Shown here: one piece after another, positions 10,397-24,155 of the stretch
Position numbering within the stretch: the stretch's first letter is position 1
How the letters are laid out: the number at the start of each line of letters is the position of its first letter
Assembly (NCBI GenBank): GCA_051362555.1
Contig: CM120645.1
Coordinates: 20,646,001 to 20,710,000 of the forward strand
DNA length: 64,000 nt
DNA from: Lingula anatina
Taxonomy: Eukaryota > Animalia > Brachiopoda
Direction of reading: 5' to 3'
Position numbers and translations under genes: made by a program
Notes under the pieces: generated by a model
The model's database searches: none
Seen by the model: only the letters and a program-made list of their open reading frames with translations
What the model was told of the DNA's origin: nothing

Positions 10397-12130
10397 CTGA
10401 AGCACACAACACCAATACATTCAACTAACAACTGACAATGTCTTGCGGTCATCTTGTGTGAAACAATGTACAAATACATACCATTAATCATTTCACAGTC
10501 AACAAAGCATGATCCAGTTATCTGAGTTTGCATCAAACCCATGTAATCAATTGCAAACTCACTGACTCCAGTGGCTTATTCATGAAGCATGGCAGCGAGC
10601 TAATAGTCAGAAACGTTTTATTTGACAAGTGTTGATGGATGAGCTCACCTTATCTTCCACTCACACACAGAGAGATATTACTAATACAACCTGTCAACCT
10701 CTGCTTTAAAACCTATGTTACAATACATCAAAGCCACAGACAAGATAAAATGCCCAAATAAAGTTGCTAGAGACAAGACAAAGTAATCCTACATACACGT
10801 AGCTAGGGTACGAAGTACATGGTCATGAAATTCCTTTGTTCTGCAAATGAAATAACTCTTCAATATTTCCTATTATATATTGCAGCTCCTGTCGACCAAG
10901 ATGTCCTTTGAGTAATAAGCAATAACATCAAGGAAAGGTGATGTTCAATCATGAGTTTCAGCTAATATAAGCCAAAGGAAAACATTTATTCCACTACATT
11001 TTCTTTCAGATAATGATAATGTGAGTGTTAAGGTGAGGTTCGACTTTCGCTGAATCTACTGCAATTCTCACTAAAACCATAATACAAATTAATAAATACA
11101 TTTTAATAAGTGATGATTCTTTGCATACATATACATACATGCAGATTCTTGGTCTTTCCCAGTCAGCCCTTCTGTGCTTCAGATAACAAAATCAGTAGCA
11201 ACTCAATTTGGCCATCACAATTTCATCAAGGGTTAAATTTTGAAAAGAAAACTGGCTAAGGTGTACATGTACTAGACTCCAAATGACTTAAGTCTGCAGT
11301 CTCTTAAAGAAAACACCTAGCTATGCGTGTACAGTATATACACCTGGGAAAAAACCTAAGTTGTATAAATTGTGTCCCTTTCTATTGTTCCATGTTTATC
11401 ATTCCAACACCGCAGGGACTCTTGCTGAATGCAGTCAGATAAACACATTTTCTGTTTTTAACTTGGCATTTTTTACTCAAGGGAGGCGTGTTAATCTGCA
11501 GCAAGAGTCCCCGCAGAATTGGACAGATCTATGTAGGATGACAGTTTCATTAGCAACGAGCCCTTACATAAAGTATGTAACTGAACTGGCTCTATTAAGC
11601 CTTCTCCTCTACTTGAATACACTTACATAATAAAATGAAATCAACAAAAAGGTAATTTTTTTTCTTCACTCTTTGTAACACGGTACAAGCCTTATGTTAC
11701 AAAAGGCACCTGAATCAGAAAGAAAAACACAAAAAGGTGAAGTTTTTTTTTCTTCTTTACAATCAGCCCCATGCATGAAATCCTCAGGAAGTTTCAACTT
11801 GGATTGACTTGATGTAAACATTGTTTTCCTTGGCCTGAGGCAAGTTGTAAAACCAGAACCACTGTAGTATCAATCATACGCTCATAATTTTACATGCTTC
11901 ATTTCCATGTTTGACCTTATTATCTGCTGTTTTAATGGCTTCAAAGATTGGACAGACCATTTGCCTGTGGGTGGGAAATTTTAGAATATGGCCAATGAGC
12001 ATATATAATTATTTTTCTTATTTCCATGTTCTTTGTTGGGAATAAAACCTTAAAGTTTAAAATATCAAATAGAAAATAGAAAACCAAGAGCAGACTTCCA
12101 GAATAAAACGAGCTGGAACTGCTTCACTAA

Positions 12131-12345
12131 CACCCCATTTCCATAGATTAGATCGACCTACTTTAGATTGACCTAACTCCCTGGGGGTTCACGCTAAATA
12201 GCTGTCAGCCGGGCAGACACGAAAGTTAATTACCCCCTTACAGCTTGTAGTAGGCGGGACGGACATTTAAGTCGGATTATCTGAAAGTAATCTAGTGAGA
12301 CTCCCCGCGGGGATAGATCGATCTAAAATCTATGGGAATAGAGCC
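12131..12345 (+). mobile_element. PIF/Harbinger (Tourist-like) MITE family A, copy 1
   Basis: 215 bp; imperfect TIRs (CACCCCATTTCCATAGAT...ATCTATGGGAATAGAGCC), TAA duplicated on both sides; six further copies in the window. Confidence 0.85.
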
Positions 12346-12754
12346 TAACACAAACCATTAGAAAGTCAGGCAACATAAAAATGATTGAAAATCTAATTTT
12401 TTTATTCCTTATTTTGGTTTCCTATGATTTGAACCAGCAATATATGCTTAAACTACAAGAATTTTTTAAATAGAGCAATGCAGCTTGGACTGACTATGTT
12501 GAAACTGCTGTGTTTAGTACAATAACCAAGCTTTCAGCTCAAACACTGTACCAGACACAATAGATCTTTATAGATGCATTTCAATTTAACATTGTTATTT
12601 CTTATATACAATATCTATACAGTGATTAATGATGAATTTTTAAACTGGGAAACAATCTGAAAAATGGCAAATATATGAACTTACAGGAAGACTAGATGCC
12701 AGAGCAAAAAGTGCAAGTAATGATAAAGAGAAAAATAGCATGACAGCTTAGTAC

Positions 12755-12899
12755 CTTCATTGTCAGCATACTGCAGATCTGTTCCCAATGTTTTACTGGT
12801 TGATGACGAGACTGTCTCAGTGTCCTCGTGTGACAGGACATGGTCAGATTGCACCTGTACATCATCAGGAGACAGTTGCTGCTGGTTGCCCTCAGAGAC
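12755..12899 (-). CDS. GTF3C1: GTF3C1-like exon (low-complexity linker)
   Basis: cttatAG acceptor, GT donor; 145 nt open frame VSEGNQQQLSPDDVQVQSDHVLSHEDTETVSSSTSKTLGTDLQYADNE. Phases 0/1 fit both neighbouring exons. Confidence 0.75.
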
Positions 12900-13144
12900 C
12901 TATAAGATGTACAAAGCAAAAAACAGTCAGAAGTTTGTATGGTAGTTTTATTGAAAAGTTGTAGGAAAACCAGCTTACAGTCTGAAAAATGTTGGGAATT
13001 GAAACTAGACAGCAAACCTTGCATATGTACACTCATGAAAAATTAAGAAACAGATTGAAAGGGACTACCAGATACCCAAGTACATGTCTTTACATCGATC
13101 CACACATCAAAAACTTCTTGCATTGATACTCCAAGTCAACTCAC

Positions 13145-13267
13145 CTCCCCTGGTGACAAATATTCTCTGGAACCACGACCTTTCAAGTTGCGGAAAGAGT
13201 GGGTGACCCAGGGGGCGCTGTGTTCATGGCAGATGTATCTCACTATCGTGACACCAACTTTGAGAAT
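13145..13267 (-). CDS. GTF3C1: GTF3C1-like exon (most upstream one visible)
   Basis: tttctctttaAG acceptor, GTGAGT donor; 123 nt. Encodes ILKVGVTIVRYICHEHSAPWVTHSFRNLKGRGSREYLSPGE (cf. GTF3C1 [28 protein letters not shown]). Confidence 0.85.
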
Positions 13268-16200
13268 CTTAAAGAGAAAAAAAGGAGAATTTTCTTAGTT
13301 AGTTTGTCTTATAATTCATATAAGATGTGCCCATACAGCATGTGCTTTTCTATTTTTTAAATTTTGTTTTTGAACAGTGAATCTAGTAGCTGGACACGTC
13401 ACCATCACAACAATTTCAATATCTGCAAAGGAAGAGAGCATTACTGGTAAACACGGGATTATAAAAATACAGATATCATTTTGGTAATACACAATCCATG
13501 CATAAATAGTGTGATGCATAGCCAGTGGCAGCCCTACTGAAAGAAAAATTAGACACGTTTTATAACACTACGCTTATTCCAACAGTTTTCTTTTTTCATT
13601 TTACTTTTTAAAATTAATTAAAAATATCAAGACTGATCACTTTTTTTTAGAAATGCACAACAATGTATGCTACAGCACACAATAAATCTTACAAAAACTT
13701 AAAGAATCTTTTTATTTTCAGAATTGCCAACAAAATATTTATCAGGGGCAAAATTATAAATTGATGCCGTGTTCATTTATTTGTTAATTACCGTAATTTT
13801 TTTATTTCGGATCAAATCGCACAAGAAATGTTCACGCCTTGAGCAATGCTTTTACTTAGGAAAATATCAATCATTACGAAACTGATTCATATTTTAATTG
13901 GACAAAAACATTAATTCACGCCCACCTCAACATAAAAACTAGTTCCGGCGGGGATGCATGCTAGCAGACAATTAACAGATCATAACTGCTTTTTTTGCCT
14001 TTTCCTAACATGACTGCCAATTCCTAGCGATACATTGTTCATTGTTGCAAAAGAAATCGTGACTGTGAAACCTGTCAAAGTCCGGATGCCCTTCCCGTTG
14101 TCTGCTCCTAGAACATTATCTGCATCACTACTTATGACTTTGATTGATGAACAAAACGAAAATGTGACGCTGTATGGTGTGCTATCCAATAAAAAGAACA
14201 TGCAGTTACAGAGAACTTAGTTTTGGGTGGGTTTAGAGTTTACATGTATTTTTTATTACTATAAACAATGCAGACAACGAAAGACCTTCCTTGACAATTT
14301 TGAATTACCAACAAGACACCTTTGGTCATGGGCAAGAAACGGAAACCTACAGCAAAATATCAATGTTCGTCACACACTGCATCAGTGATGGCATATGAGG
14401 AAGAAGAATTGCAATAAAAAGTCTTTAAACAAAATTTTTGTTCATTTGTTTTTAAAAAATACTTTTAGAGCAGGGATGGGAAAACGATTATTAAACAGTT
14501 TTATCTGAAAAACATTTAACTGCTGACAGAATCCAATAATTATCACCAAAAATGTACATAATGCAGTCTTGAACTTTTTCAAGCTGAGTTACTTTAAATG
14601 CCTACTGTATAAAAAAAGATTGGATTATGGACTGTTTGATGAATTATGCAGTGTGACCTTTCTCAATAATTTGCCATGCACCTGTAACATCTTTTTTTTC
14701 AGTAGCATACATATTTTCTTAAATGATATATCACCTAAGTATGCAGAATTGTGGCAACTTGATCACTGAAAAATGTGGACTTACTATTAATATTCCCTTT
14801 AGTTTTCGTATTAAAAGGTTAAGGACAGATATAACTGAAAAGTCAACATATCAATATTCTCAGACATTTTAAGAAAAATCCAAACTCATTTCTAGATCTG
14901 TTCAAGTAAAATCGGTAAAAGATGGACATTTTACACTGAAAGAAAAAAATGGGCAAATAATTACAAACTGACAAACATATTAAAGAAATAATATACTCTT
15001 TTCAATATAGAAAACATTTAAAATAGTTATTCAACTTTCCTAAATTTGTCCCTTTGACAGTTACATTCAGAGCATCACGAAAATAGTCTTGTTCAGATTT
15101 TACTTAATTTTATTCACAATAGATAAACATATGTACATGTTTACATCACAATACTAAAAATTACAACTTTTTTTCCACATACACAATTAAGTTCCCTCTT
15201 TGAGCAAGTACGTGTTGTACATTTGAATGTCTAAACAGTTTCTTTAATATTAATTAGCAATTCCAGGTAAATTCTTAATAAATATCTTGAATATTTAAAT
15301 ACAGATATCAGCAACTGTCTACCCGATTTGAGCTAATTATGAGAATCATTAAGGTAGTCAGAGTTCACCATACAGTGTTAGACATTTCATGACAGACAAA
15401 AAGAGGATTGCAGATTCACAACCCTAACACAAACAGCTTTTAAAACTGAAAGGAAAAAGACCTCACCAATCTAAATGTTAATTTTTAATAATAAGCATGC
15501 TGAATTTTACACTCCAGTTGTATTAAAACATGAATATAGCCCTCAAACAACTGAAGGTACTACTAATACATATCATACATATCTTAAACATACCAAGAGT
15601 GCAATAACTGAATAATATCTGAAAACAATTGAAACCATTAAAGTTTCCTTAAAATGTGCTCAAAACAATATAATTTCAAGCAATGGCCTGTAGCTGACAG
15701 AAATATACACCATAAAAGTAACTTTTATTCTACTTAATTTGAATGGCATTCATTTATTCGTATTAGTGCTGTTGGCATACAAGATATACACAACCTTTCG
15801 GCATTTATTGAAAATCTTAACAGGCATCTTAATACAAAGTCACATTTCACTTTACTTAACTAATGCATCTATGAAAAAAATTAAGACTTTAGATGGTCTT
15901 TTTGAGCCAATTCAAAACACACAGCACCCAATGGCCTTAACAAGTTCAAGGTCAGTCAAGGTCATCTAAGGTCATCTCATCAAATTGCTAGAGAGGCTCT
16001 TTGGCAAGAAAAGGTTGTGATTAATGATCACTGTAAGTGTTTTACTTGGCCAATCCCTGTGAAATGTGTGCTGTATATGTGCACTATACCAAGAAGACAT
16101 GTCTGCATTATATAATATAATTATAATTGATACAACTTTGTTAGTAATGAACTCCTATAAAATACTTTGTACCACAATTAATTTCAAATTTTGTTTAACT

Positions 16201-17535
16201 TTTCTGATGTCATTCACCTCAGTTTTCCTTTAGACCAATAATGTTCCTCACCAATCTAGAACATGTGCATATTCCCAGTGTGGATAAAAAGCAGGTGTGC
16301 GAGCGAGTGTGCATGTCTGCATGTATATGCGTCTAGGGAAGAAACAACAAATTGTCTGTCATCATTGGGCTTTCTGTCCATTTGATAAAATTTACATTTT
16401 TCCTCCTGTGAAAACACTTAATCACAAATATTAATACTCAAACACCTTATATATGTTTGGAGATAAAGATAAACACAAGAGGAAGAGAAAACATTTTTTA
16501 AATTGCTCATACCAGCACTGGACTCTTTGTTAGTACACAGATGGTGTTTTAAAAAGTTAGTCAGGATAAAAATGTTGTGATAACTAAATTTCTATACGTC
16601 AGCCATGGTGTCATGTCGGCATTTGTGCAAGTTTTGTCTTCCAAAAAACCAAGGATCCTTTTCTACTAAGTTAACCATAAAATACTAAAGGGCATTCAAA
16701 GTTATAACAATAGTTTCTTCAAGCAACAATAAAATAAATGGTTATTTCCACTCTTCCAGAATTATTTCTCTTATTACAAGACAATTTGCAAAATACCATG
16801 GCTCGTTATAGCAACGAATTAAATTAATAATCTTCCATTCAAAACCACAATAAATACCATTGTGGCCACAACAAGTACCATGGGGGTTAGCAAATTGAAG
16901 AATATCTCACTACATCAACAGTACACATTATCAACTTGATGTAGTCTTTTTTTTTTTGTCTTAACAGTTTCACCTGCCCCCCCTCCCCCCCCCCCCCCCA
17001 AAAAAAAAAAAAAAAAAAAAACATCTAGCAAATGGCAAGGAATTATTTAATTATTTTGGCAAGGCAGGTTTATTTATCATACACATCTGAAAACATAGAA
17101 CAATCAAAATACAATTGATTGTTTTGACATTTGATCCAATTTGTGGGGTCAACATTGTATAACATGGGGTAGTGAAAACACAGTCAAAAACATGTCTGCC
17201 TTTAATATCAGAAAAACAGAGAAAAAATTACCAAATGCAATTCAAGTTCTCTATCAACACCATCTACAGATTCAGGCAAGAAAAACATCAGAAGTCAAAA
17301 TTATGTTAGTGTGTGTATTTATGTTGAGTAATCCAATTGTGTCAAGTAATTGTTTAGGCACTGTGTGAGAAGTCCGGTTAGTGTTATACTGGGTAAAAAG
17401 TCATGATGCAGGACTTATATTTTTTGGTTATGATACAAATTGTACACAGTGTTTAATAGATCTTTGAAATAAGTTTGTAATAGATTTCCACAGTTATTGT
17501 ATTACAGACAACAAATATTTCCAATTAAATGTACA

Positions 17536-17566
<31 letters not shown>

Positions 17567-17741
17567 ATATGAATATTAAAGGGGCTTAATATTCTCACAA
17601 TCTTTAAATGAAGAATAATCTAAGTATTAAGGATGATGAACCCAACAATATATTACAAAAAAATGAGTTTTTTTTTGTGTATATGGACATGATGCTAGGT
17701 TGAATTTTCAATGAAAAGCCTGTCTGGAGATTACCAGAAAA

Positions 17742-17778
<37 letters not shown>

Positions 17779-18237
17779 GATGGGATGGGGGGCAGATATG
17801 TAAACGTAGGCCAGACAAAATGGTTACAGAGGGGTGAACCTCTGTAAGCAGGGTCCTTATGCGCGATTTAGGTTTGGGTTTTAATATATGACATTTAACA
17901 AAACATAGCAGCTAAATTTTAGGGTTAGTCAACTAAGGGGAGAGGGGATATGCTGGTTATCTGATTTTAGCAGCCTATGCCAAGCCCCAAAACAGTCAAA
18001 TTTTAGTGAAACAGTCCCCTGGGTATTGGAAGAAAATGAGGTCATGTTCTTTAGCCAATTTACAACATATCTAGATTCATGTTTAATCTTATTATGTTCA
18101 GTATTTTGAAGATTCTTCCCTCCAAGCATTACTTTAAACTTAAGTTTTTTTTAACAAATCTACCATCTTACAATCTATGAAAATTTTAACCCTGAGATAT
18201 TGAATATTCAAATATGTTTCTCTTCTCACATGCAGTA

Positions 18238-18240
18238 AAA

Positions 18241-18295
<55 letters not shown>

Positions 18296-18297
18296 AT
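18238..18297. repeat. (AAAT)n microsatellite
   Basis: Seen directly; another at ~17537-17568. Confidence 0.95.
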
Positions 18298-19415
18298 ATT
18301 AAATCATAAAGGCAATGTTATATACAGGTACTGTATCAGGAGCTGGTGTGGATGAAATGTCAGCCCCCCCCCCCCCAATATCCCCATGTTATTGGAGAGG
18401 GCATTAAGTAGCACCAGTCTCTAATAATATCAAATGAGCAAAAAATATGATTCTTTTTTTGGTATTTCAAAACACATGGTAACTATTCATTCCATTAAAC
18501 CTACTCTGTATCAATGGTTTAAAATGTTTTGTCATAAACAGGGATGTGATATAATAAAGTATTATTTTATGTGTTCTTCATAAATTAAGGACTGTACATA
18601 TTCATAGGTTGCACTTGTAATCTATCAGCCAATATATAACAACATAAAAGGCACACACTGCACATCAGACCTTTATATAACAAATCATCAATTATCCTTG
18701 AAATTTCAGCAATTTTTTCTTTACTAGTAAGGTATACCCTTTCCAAAACAACTGAGAAAATAATGAATAATAAGTAAATGTAGTTTCAAGTATTAAATTT
18801 GATTTTTATCATCAAAAGTAAAACTTATCAATCTCTGTCACCATAACAAGAGACACAAAAACTACATTCTTTAAACAGTTTCAGATAGGGTATTTCTTGG
18901 TGATGCAGGTATAGAGTTGTTGAAATTTTCTATAAATTGCCTTTCCTTTGCTCATATGTAAAAATCAAACAGGCACTATAACTGTCTTTAAAACACTCCC
19001 AAGCATTTGGCTACAGCTTGTCTTTATGGTAGAAGCATGCAACAATTAACAGCAATCCTTCATGTAGTGCATTGTTGTGTATTTAGAGTCTCAGTAAGAG
19101 AGAATATGGGCAATTTGTTACAATTAAAGTACTAATTAAACTGCATGTAATATTGCAACCGCTTTAAATTAATCAGTATTTTTAATTCCACTGCTTGTAA
19201 CTTTTTTCCACTCACTTCATGTCTGCCATCAAAATATATATATACACTATATTTACATGTGGATTTTTTTCAATGTGCACGAAAAATTAAAACAGATTAA
19301 AACTATTAAATACCATATAATGTTATTAATTGGCAAATCATTGTTAAGATTATGAGTCAACCTGTGATCTATCAATGATTGCCTTTGATGTAAAATCCCA
19401 AATGCTAAGTTTGTA

Positions 19416-20843
19416 TTATAAATCCACAATGGGGGAGTTGTCATCGGTTTTCAGCAGAAGTTTTTGGGATTTTCCATTATGTGCATAGTTATTATTACTT
19501 GACTCGGCTGTCTCGCCTGGTCTGTTTTTTAAGGGAAGCAATGCCATGGTGACTCCATTTGCTGTGCGTTCTTCACTAAAAGGGCACTCTGTGTATGTTG
19601 TATGACCTTGACTTTGCCACTGTCTTGTGCTCGTAGACGACATGTTACTTTCTCTGCGATGTGTTCGCATGGTGCTGTCCGCATGCGACAGTGCGCACAA
19701 AGTCTCCTTGTCAATACAAGGCCTGAAGAAAGTTGTCAGTAACTCTCTGCGGAACTTCTTGCCAAAGAAGTAATATGGAACAATGTTGATGGCGGAATTT
19801 AATGCCACCAAAAAATTTCCCACCTCATTATAAATAAATACTGCTGTTGAAAAAGAAGCATTAATATCAAAGGCCCAGATTTCTCTTGCTATCAAGGCTG
19901 GCACTTGGCATATGAAAAATACCATAACCACACCTATCAGCATTACTGTAGTATTGTTTTGGTATTTTTCCTGTGGATTGAGCTCTCGGGCAAGTTTTCG
20001 AGATTGTCGAACAGCGTGGATAAGAAAAGCGTTCAAAACAGCCAATGCCAAGAATGGAACTCCGCAGACAAACACAAGGTAAAGCCATGAGTGGACAATC
20101 TCTCGGAAAACGTAATCATTTCCCAGTTTAGTTAACTGGTACACAGTTTTTGTTCCCAAAAACTCAATTTCATTTGTCTCATATTCGAAGAATCTCACCA
20201 GATTGAAAAGTACTCCTAGCACAGAAATTCCACACACAACCTTCCTTGCTCTTGATTTTGAGCAATATTTCTCAGCTTTAAATGGATGGCAAATCATTAT
20301 GTACCGATCTACAGTAAAAGCTAATGTCAGCCATACCGAAGTCACTTGAAACATAATAGCAAGTGGGTGCACATAAGGGAACAGGTACGCATAGTATACA
20401 CTATAACTTGGCCCATAAAATTCTCGCTCCCTTTCTGGGATTTTTGTATCCTTTGAGAACAAGATCATGGTCATAAGTAACACCAAGGCGTCACAGGCCG
20501 ACAAAGCAGCCAAGTACGTATATGTTGATGATTTCATGCTTTTTCGGGTTAGCACAATGGCAGACATTATGTTTGCAATGATCCCGAGGACACAAACAAT
20601 CATCCCGCAGACGCCTAATAAGTAGAATGTCACAAGAGCATGTGTGAATTGTATTTCACTGTCTTCCGCGTATGGAGGTACCGACCAGTTCTTCCAATAA
20701 TTGTTATCAATCAGGCCAAAGGTCATGTTTTTTTCTTCTAAAAGTGTCATGTAGTCGGTATTGTCATCTGGGATTTGTGTGCTAGTTAGCCCATACTTCT
20801 GTTCAAAAATGCGCAAAATAAAATCATCTGCTGTTGTTCCCAT
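19416..20843 (-). CDS. Class A (rhodopsin-family) neuropeptide GPCR, FMRFamide-receptor-like; uninterrupted CDS
   Basis: 475-aa ORF with 7 hydrophobic segments: TM1 GIIANIMS, TM2 LAALSACD, DRY motif (DRYIMICHPFKA..YCS..RARK), TM5 CGVPF, TM6 FFICQVP, TM7 NSAINIVPYYFFGKKFR. These are typical of the FMRFamide/myosuppressin/sex-peptide receptor-like clade. A possible acceptor (cttcatcaacAG) lies 1 nt before the ATG. Confidence 0.92.
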   Translation of the reverse strand: MGTTADDFILRIFEQKYGLTSTQIPDDNTDYMTLLEEKNMTFGLIDNNYWKNWSVPPYAEDSEIQFTHALVTFYLLGVCGMIVCVLGIIANIMSAIVLTRKSMKSSTYTYLAALSACDALVLLMTMILFSKDTKIPEREREFYGPSYSVYYAYLFPYVHPLAIMFQVTSVWLTLAFTVDRYIMICHPFKAEKYCSKSRARKVVCGISVLGVLFNLVRFFEYETNEIEFLGTKTVYQLTKLGNDYVFREIVHSWLYLVFVCGVPFLALAVLNAFLIHAVRQSRKLARELNPQEKYQNNTTVMLIGVVMVFFICQVPALIAREIWAFDINASFSTAVFIYNEVGNFLVALNSAINIVPYYFFGKKFRRELLTTFFRPCIDKETLCALSHADSTMRTHRRESNMSSTSTRQWQSQGHTTYTECPFSEERTANGVTMALLPLKNRPGETAESSNNNYAHNGKSQKLLLKTDDNSPIVDL

Positions 20844-23800
20844 TCTGTTGATGAAGAAAATCTTCCAAATAAAAGAGAATTTAAAACACTGTTCCTGTTG
20901 ATGATTTTTTCCCTTTTATAAAGGATTTTAAATGAGCAAAATGTACTGCTGATTTCTTTCCTAAAATGCCCTCTAGGTCAAGTCTTCTTTGACTGTGTCA
21001 TCAGGTGTACTAGTTCCAGCAAGTTAAAGGGAGTATGGCAAACTAAATGGAATCCACAACCTCACTGAATCCTCAAATGAAAACACAGCTGATCAATTGG
21101 TGGAAGCATCTTCAGATTCTGATTACCCAAAAGCCCTATCAGTGTGTATATAAACTGTACTTATTAGTAGAAATTGGGAAGTTGATCAGCTTTGAATTCG
21201 AATGTATAAGAACCATCCTTCTGACGTAGTCTACTACACTAGGAATGGACAGTTTGTTTTTCTTGCAATTTACCTGCATGCAGTCAGTGTTGTCAGCTTA
21301 AAACTTACATAATAACGCTGGGCGATCTCTTGGAAAATAGCCCACAAAATGATACATGAAATCAATGGCAATGTCAACACCTTTGATCAGTTAACATAAA
21401 CTGAGCCAACTGTTTTCAATGTACGTTTCTTCCTGTGCAGAATCTTCAACAGGCAAGATGGATGGTCAGAGATCGATAGTTCTCTTATCAAAGTGTCCTT
21501 TTGCGGTCAATCTTGATGAGGTCAATCGTTCCAGAAGAAAAAAAGATAACCAGCTTCAGCAATGTTTTCTCAGTAAAGATCTCTCTTGATCATTTTGGTT
21601 GCTGAAGTTGCCAAAAAAGTTGTGAATATTAATCTTTATGGTCTTTGTCCTACCAACTTCTTTTAAATGTTGAAGACAGAAATGACAGATTGGTCTCAAT
21701 GAATGAAGATGTACTTTACAATTAAATTTTTCTCAGTCTTGTGGAATATGTTTCTGTTCAATGTACTGAACTGTTCATCTGTTGTCAACCTTTTCAATAT
21801 CACTGGTGTCCAGAGGATGAAATTAATCATCAGACACTCAATTTGTCTTCACTTCATGAAAACCCACTTCCAATCGACACTTTCTGCTGAAATTGTTTTC
21901 AATCTGTTTTCCTGGCTGTTTGGGTCAGTGCGACCTCCTAGTTATCATTCCTAAAAAATTAAAAAAAGAAAATGATTAATAGAAATAATATGGTAAAATA
22001 TCTGAATAAACGAAGCACATTCTAAATCAGCATTATTATTGAACTTCATCATGTGTCTCTCCCCAATTAACTAAGGTAAATGGGAAAGCAGGGACATGAT
22101 AGTTGTCAAGGGAATTAACACCTTGATAAAATACAAAAGATCTGACACATCTGTACTTGTATGTCTACACAACCCTGTCTATAGTTATCTGAGTTAAATA
22201 TTTCTTCAGGATGAAATCTGTGACCTTGAAATCTATGTGGAATAAAAAGTGAATGAAATGTACACCATAATTCATTATAAAAAACAAAGAGACTTGAAAA
22301 ATAAAACCCATTATATTTATTTGTGATATAAAGTTGCACGACCAATCTACAAATTAGACCCGTTTCACCATTTGCTCAAGCTATCACATTTTAATATGAG
22401 AATGTGAATCACTTCTGGTTTCCAAAATAACAGATGGATGTTGGACATGTGTATAATAATACTGACAAAGTTTTTTTTTTTCCTAAACAACATGATTCAA
22501 AATCTAATTGGTCAAGTGCATGAGTAACGTAAATGTACCTGTCAAACACCGCCAATCAAGCACTTCTGTAACCAGCATTGAAAACTTTATAAATGTATCT
22601 GCACTCATTTTGTACCAGGCAAAATCATGAACACAATTGGGTTATAACCTTTGTACACTTTGATCTACAGTGCAAAATTAAGATTTTTCTGTCATTTCAC
22701 AAGTTCGGCATTTCTATACAGCCGATATTAGAGCGTTGATGTAAAGTGACACATAATGACAGAAATAACTTATTGGCATTAGCACTGACAAACTCATTAC
22801 TTCAGATGTTTTTGACATGGATCTGGTAAAACCAACCAAAAGGGCAAGCAGTCTTCGAACATATATAAAAAATCAATGTTTCACTCCATGAGCTATTAAG
22901 ACCAAGTCCATCACTGTTTTCCATAACATATTCAGACTAAGTCATCATGAGTTAGTATTTATAATCCCTAGTTAGCACAATTAATGGATGAGAAGATAAG
23001 TTATCTAAGGGATAGCAAAGTTTCATGTCTCAATGTTTATATGCATTTCAACATTAATAAATGCATGATTAAAATTCCAAACAAATGGTTTACTTCTTGA
23101 AGTCAGTGTAGAGATGGCTTTTGATAAAACGGAGCTGAATGCAGCCTTCATTCCTTTAACTGAAGGAACACACATACAAGTAATAGGTCTATTTGAAGGC
23201 AAAAAGAAGGCGAATTCGGCTTTTGTGATTTTCTGAAGCCATTAACCAAATTCATTTCCTCAGATCAACTAATAAGTTTGAAGATCTGTTCACTTTTGTT
23301 TCCATAACATTAGACGCCCAGGAGGAGATTTTTTCCATCAAGTGAGAACATCATTGTGGCAAAACTTTATTTTCAATCACTTACACATTTTCTTTCTGTC
23401 TGAAGACCCTAAATTACCTGTCAGATATGCCATGTAAAACATGTCCGTTTCTGTAACAGTAATTTGTATAAGCTACTTATGACAGAACAGTACAGATATA
23501 CTGTGTGTACCAGCTTATTCCTTTCTACACTGTCGTCAGACCTTAAATAATAATCTTGTCACTTCAATTTGGCATTTCCTTGGCATAAGCCAAGTCCTTT
23601 CAAGAGAATTTCACAAATCCAATTTACCAAACAGACAAGTAATCACCCATCATTTTGGCATGTACAAGACTACACATATTTTCTTTAGGTCTCCCTTGAC
23701 AAATTAAGACCAGTGTGAGATTTATAGCCCCATGCACACTGTCTTCTTATAACTTCTCCCATGTTGTGTCTGTATTTAACATGCAGTTACTAATAGTTAT

Positions 23801-23892
23801 ACCCATCAAACAGCCTTGCTCCCCCCACCATATGAAATCCTTTGCCCTTTTCATGAATTAATTTTAGACCAAAAGTTCTTTTTCACAAGTCA

Positions 23893-24155
23893 ACTGGTCA
23901 CTCTCACTGACCACTGATTCTTCCCACCTATGACCATTGGTCACTACAACCTCTGACCATAGGTCATTCCCACCACTGAACATTGGTCCCTCTGACCACT
24001 GGTCCCTCTTCCATCTGATCACTGTTCCCTCTCTCTCTCTGACCACTGGCTACTCCCACCTGTGACCACTGGTCCCTCCTACATCTGACCACTGGTCACT
24101 TCCACCTCTGGTCACTGCCCCCTTCCCCCTCTGACCACTGGTCATTCCCACCAAA
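23893..24155. repeat. Degenerate ~20-22-bp minisatellite
   Basis: About 12 imperfect units of (ct)ctgaccactggtca(c/t)tccca. Confidence 0.75.

Noticed and set aside
13980-14220. Overlapping short ORFs as a possible next GTF3C1 exon
   Set aside because: No recognisable similarity to the expected upstream GTF3C1 sequence and no convincing phase-0 donor.
20844-21950. Possible N-terminal coding extension of the GPCR
   Set aside because: No long open frame on the minus strand; treated only as candidate UTR or intron.
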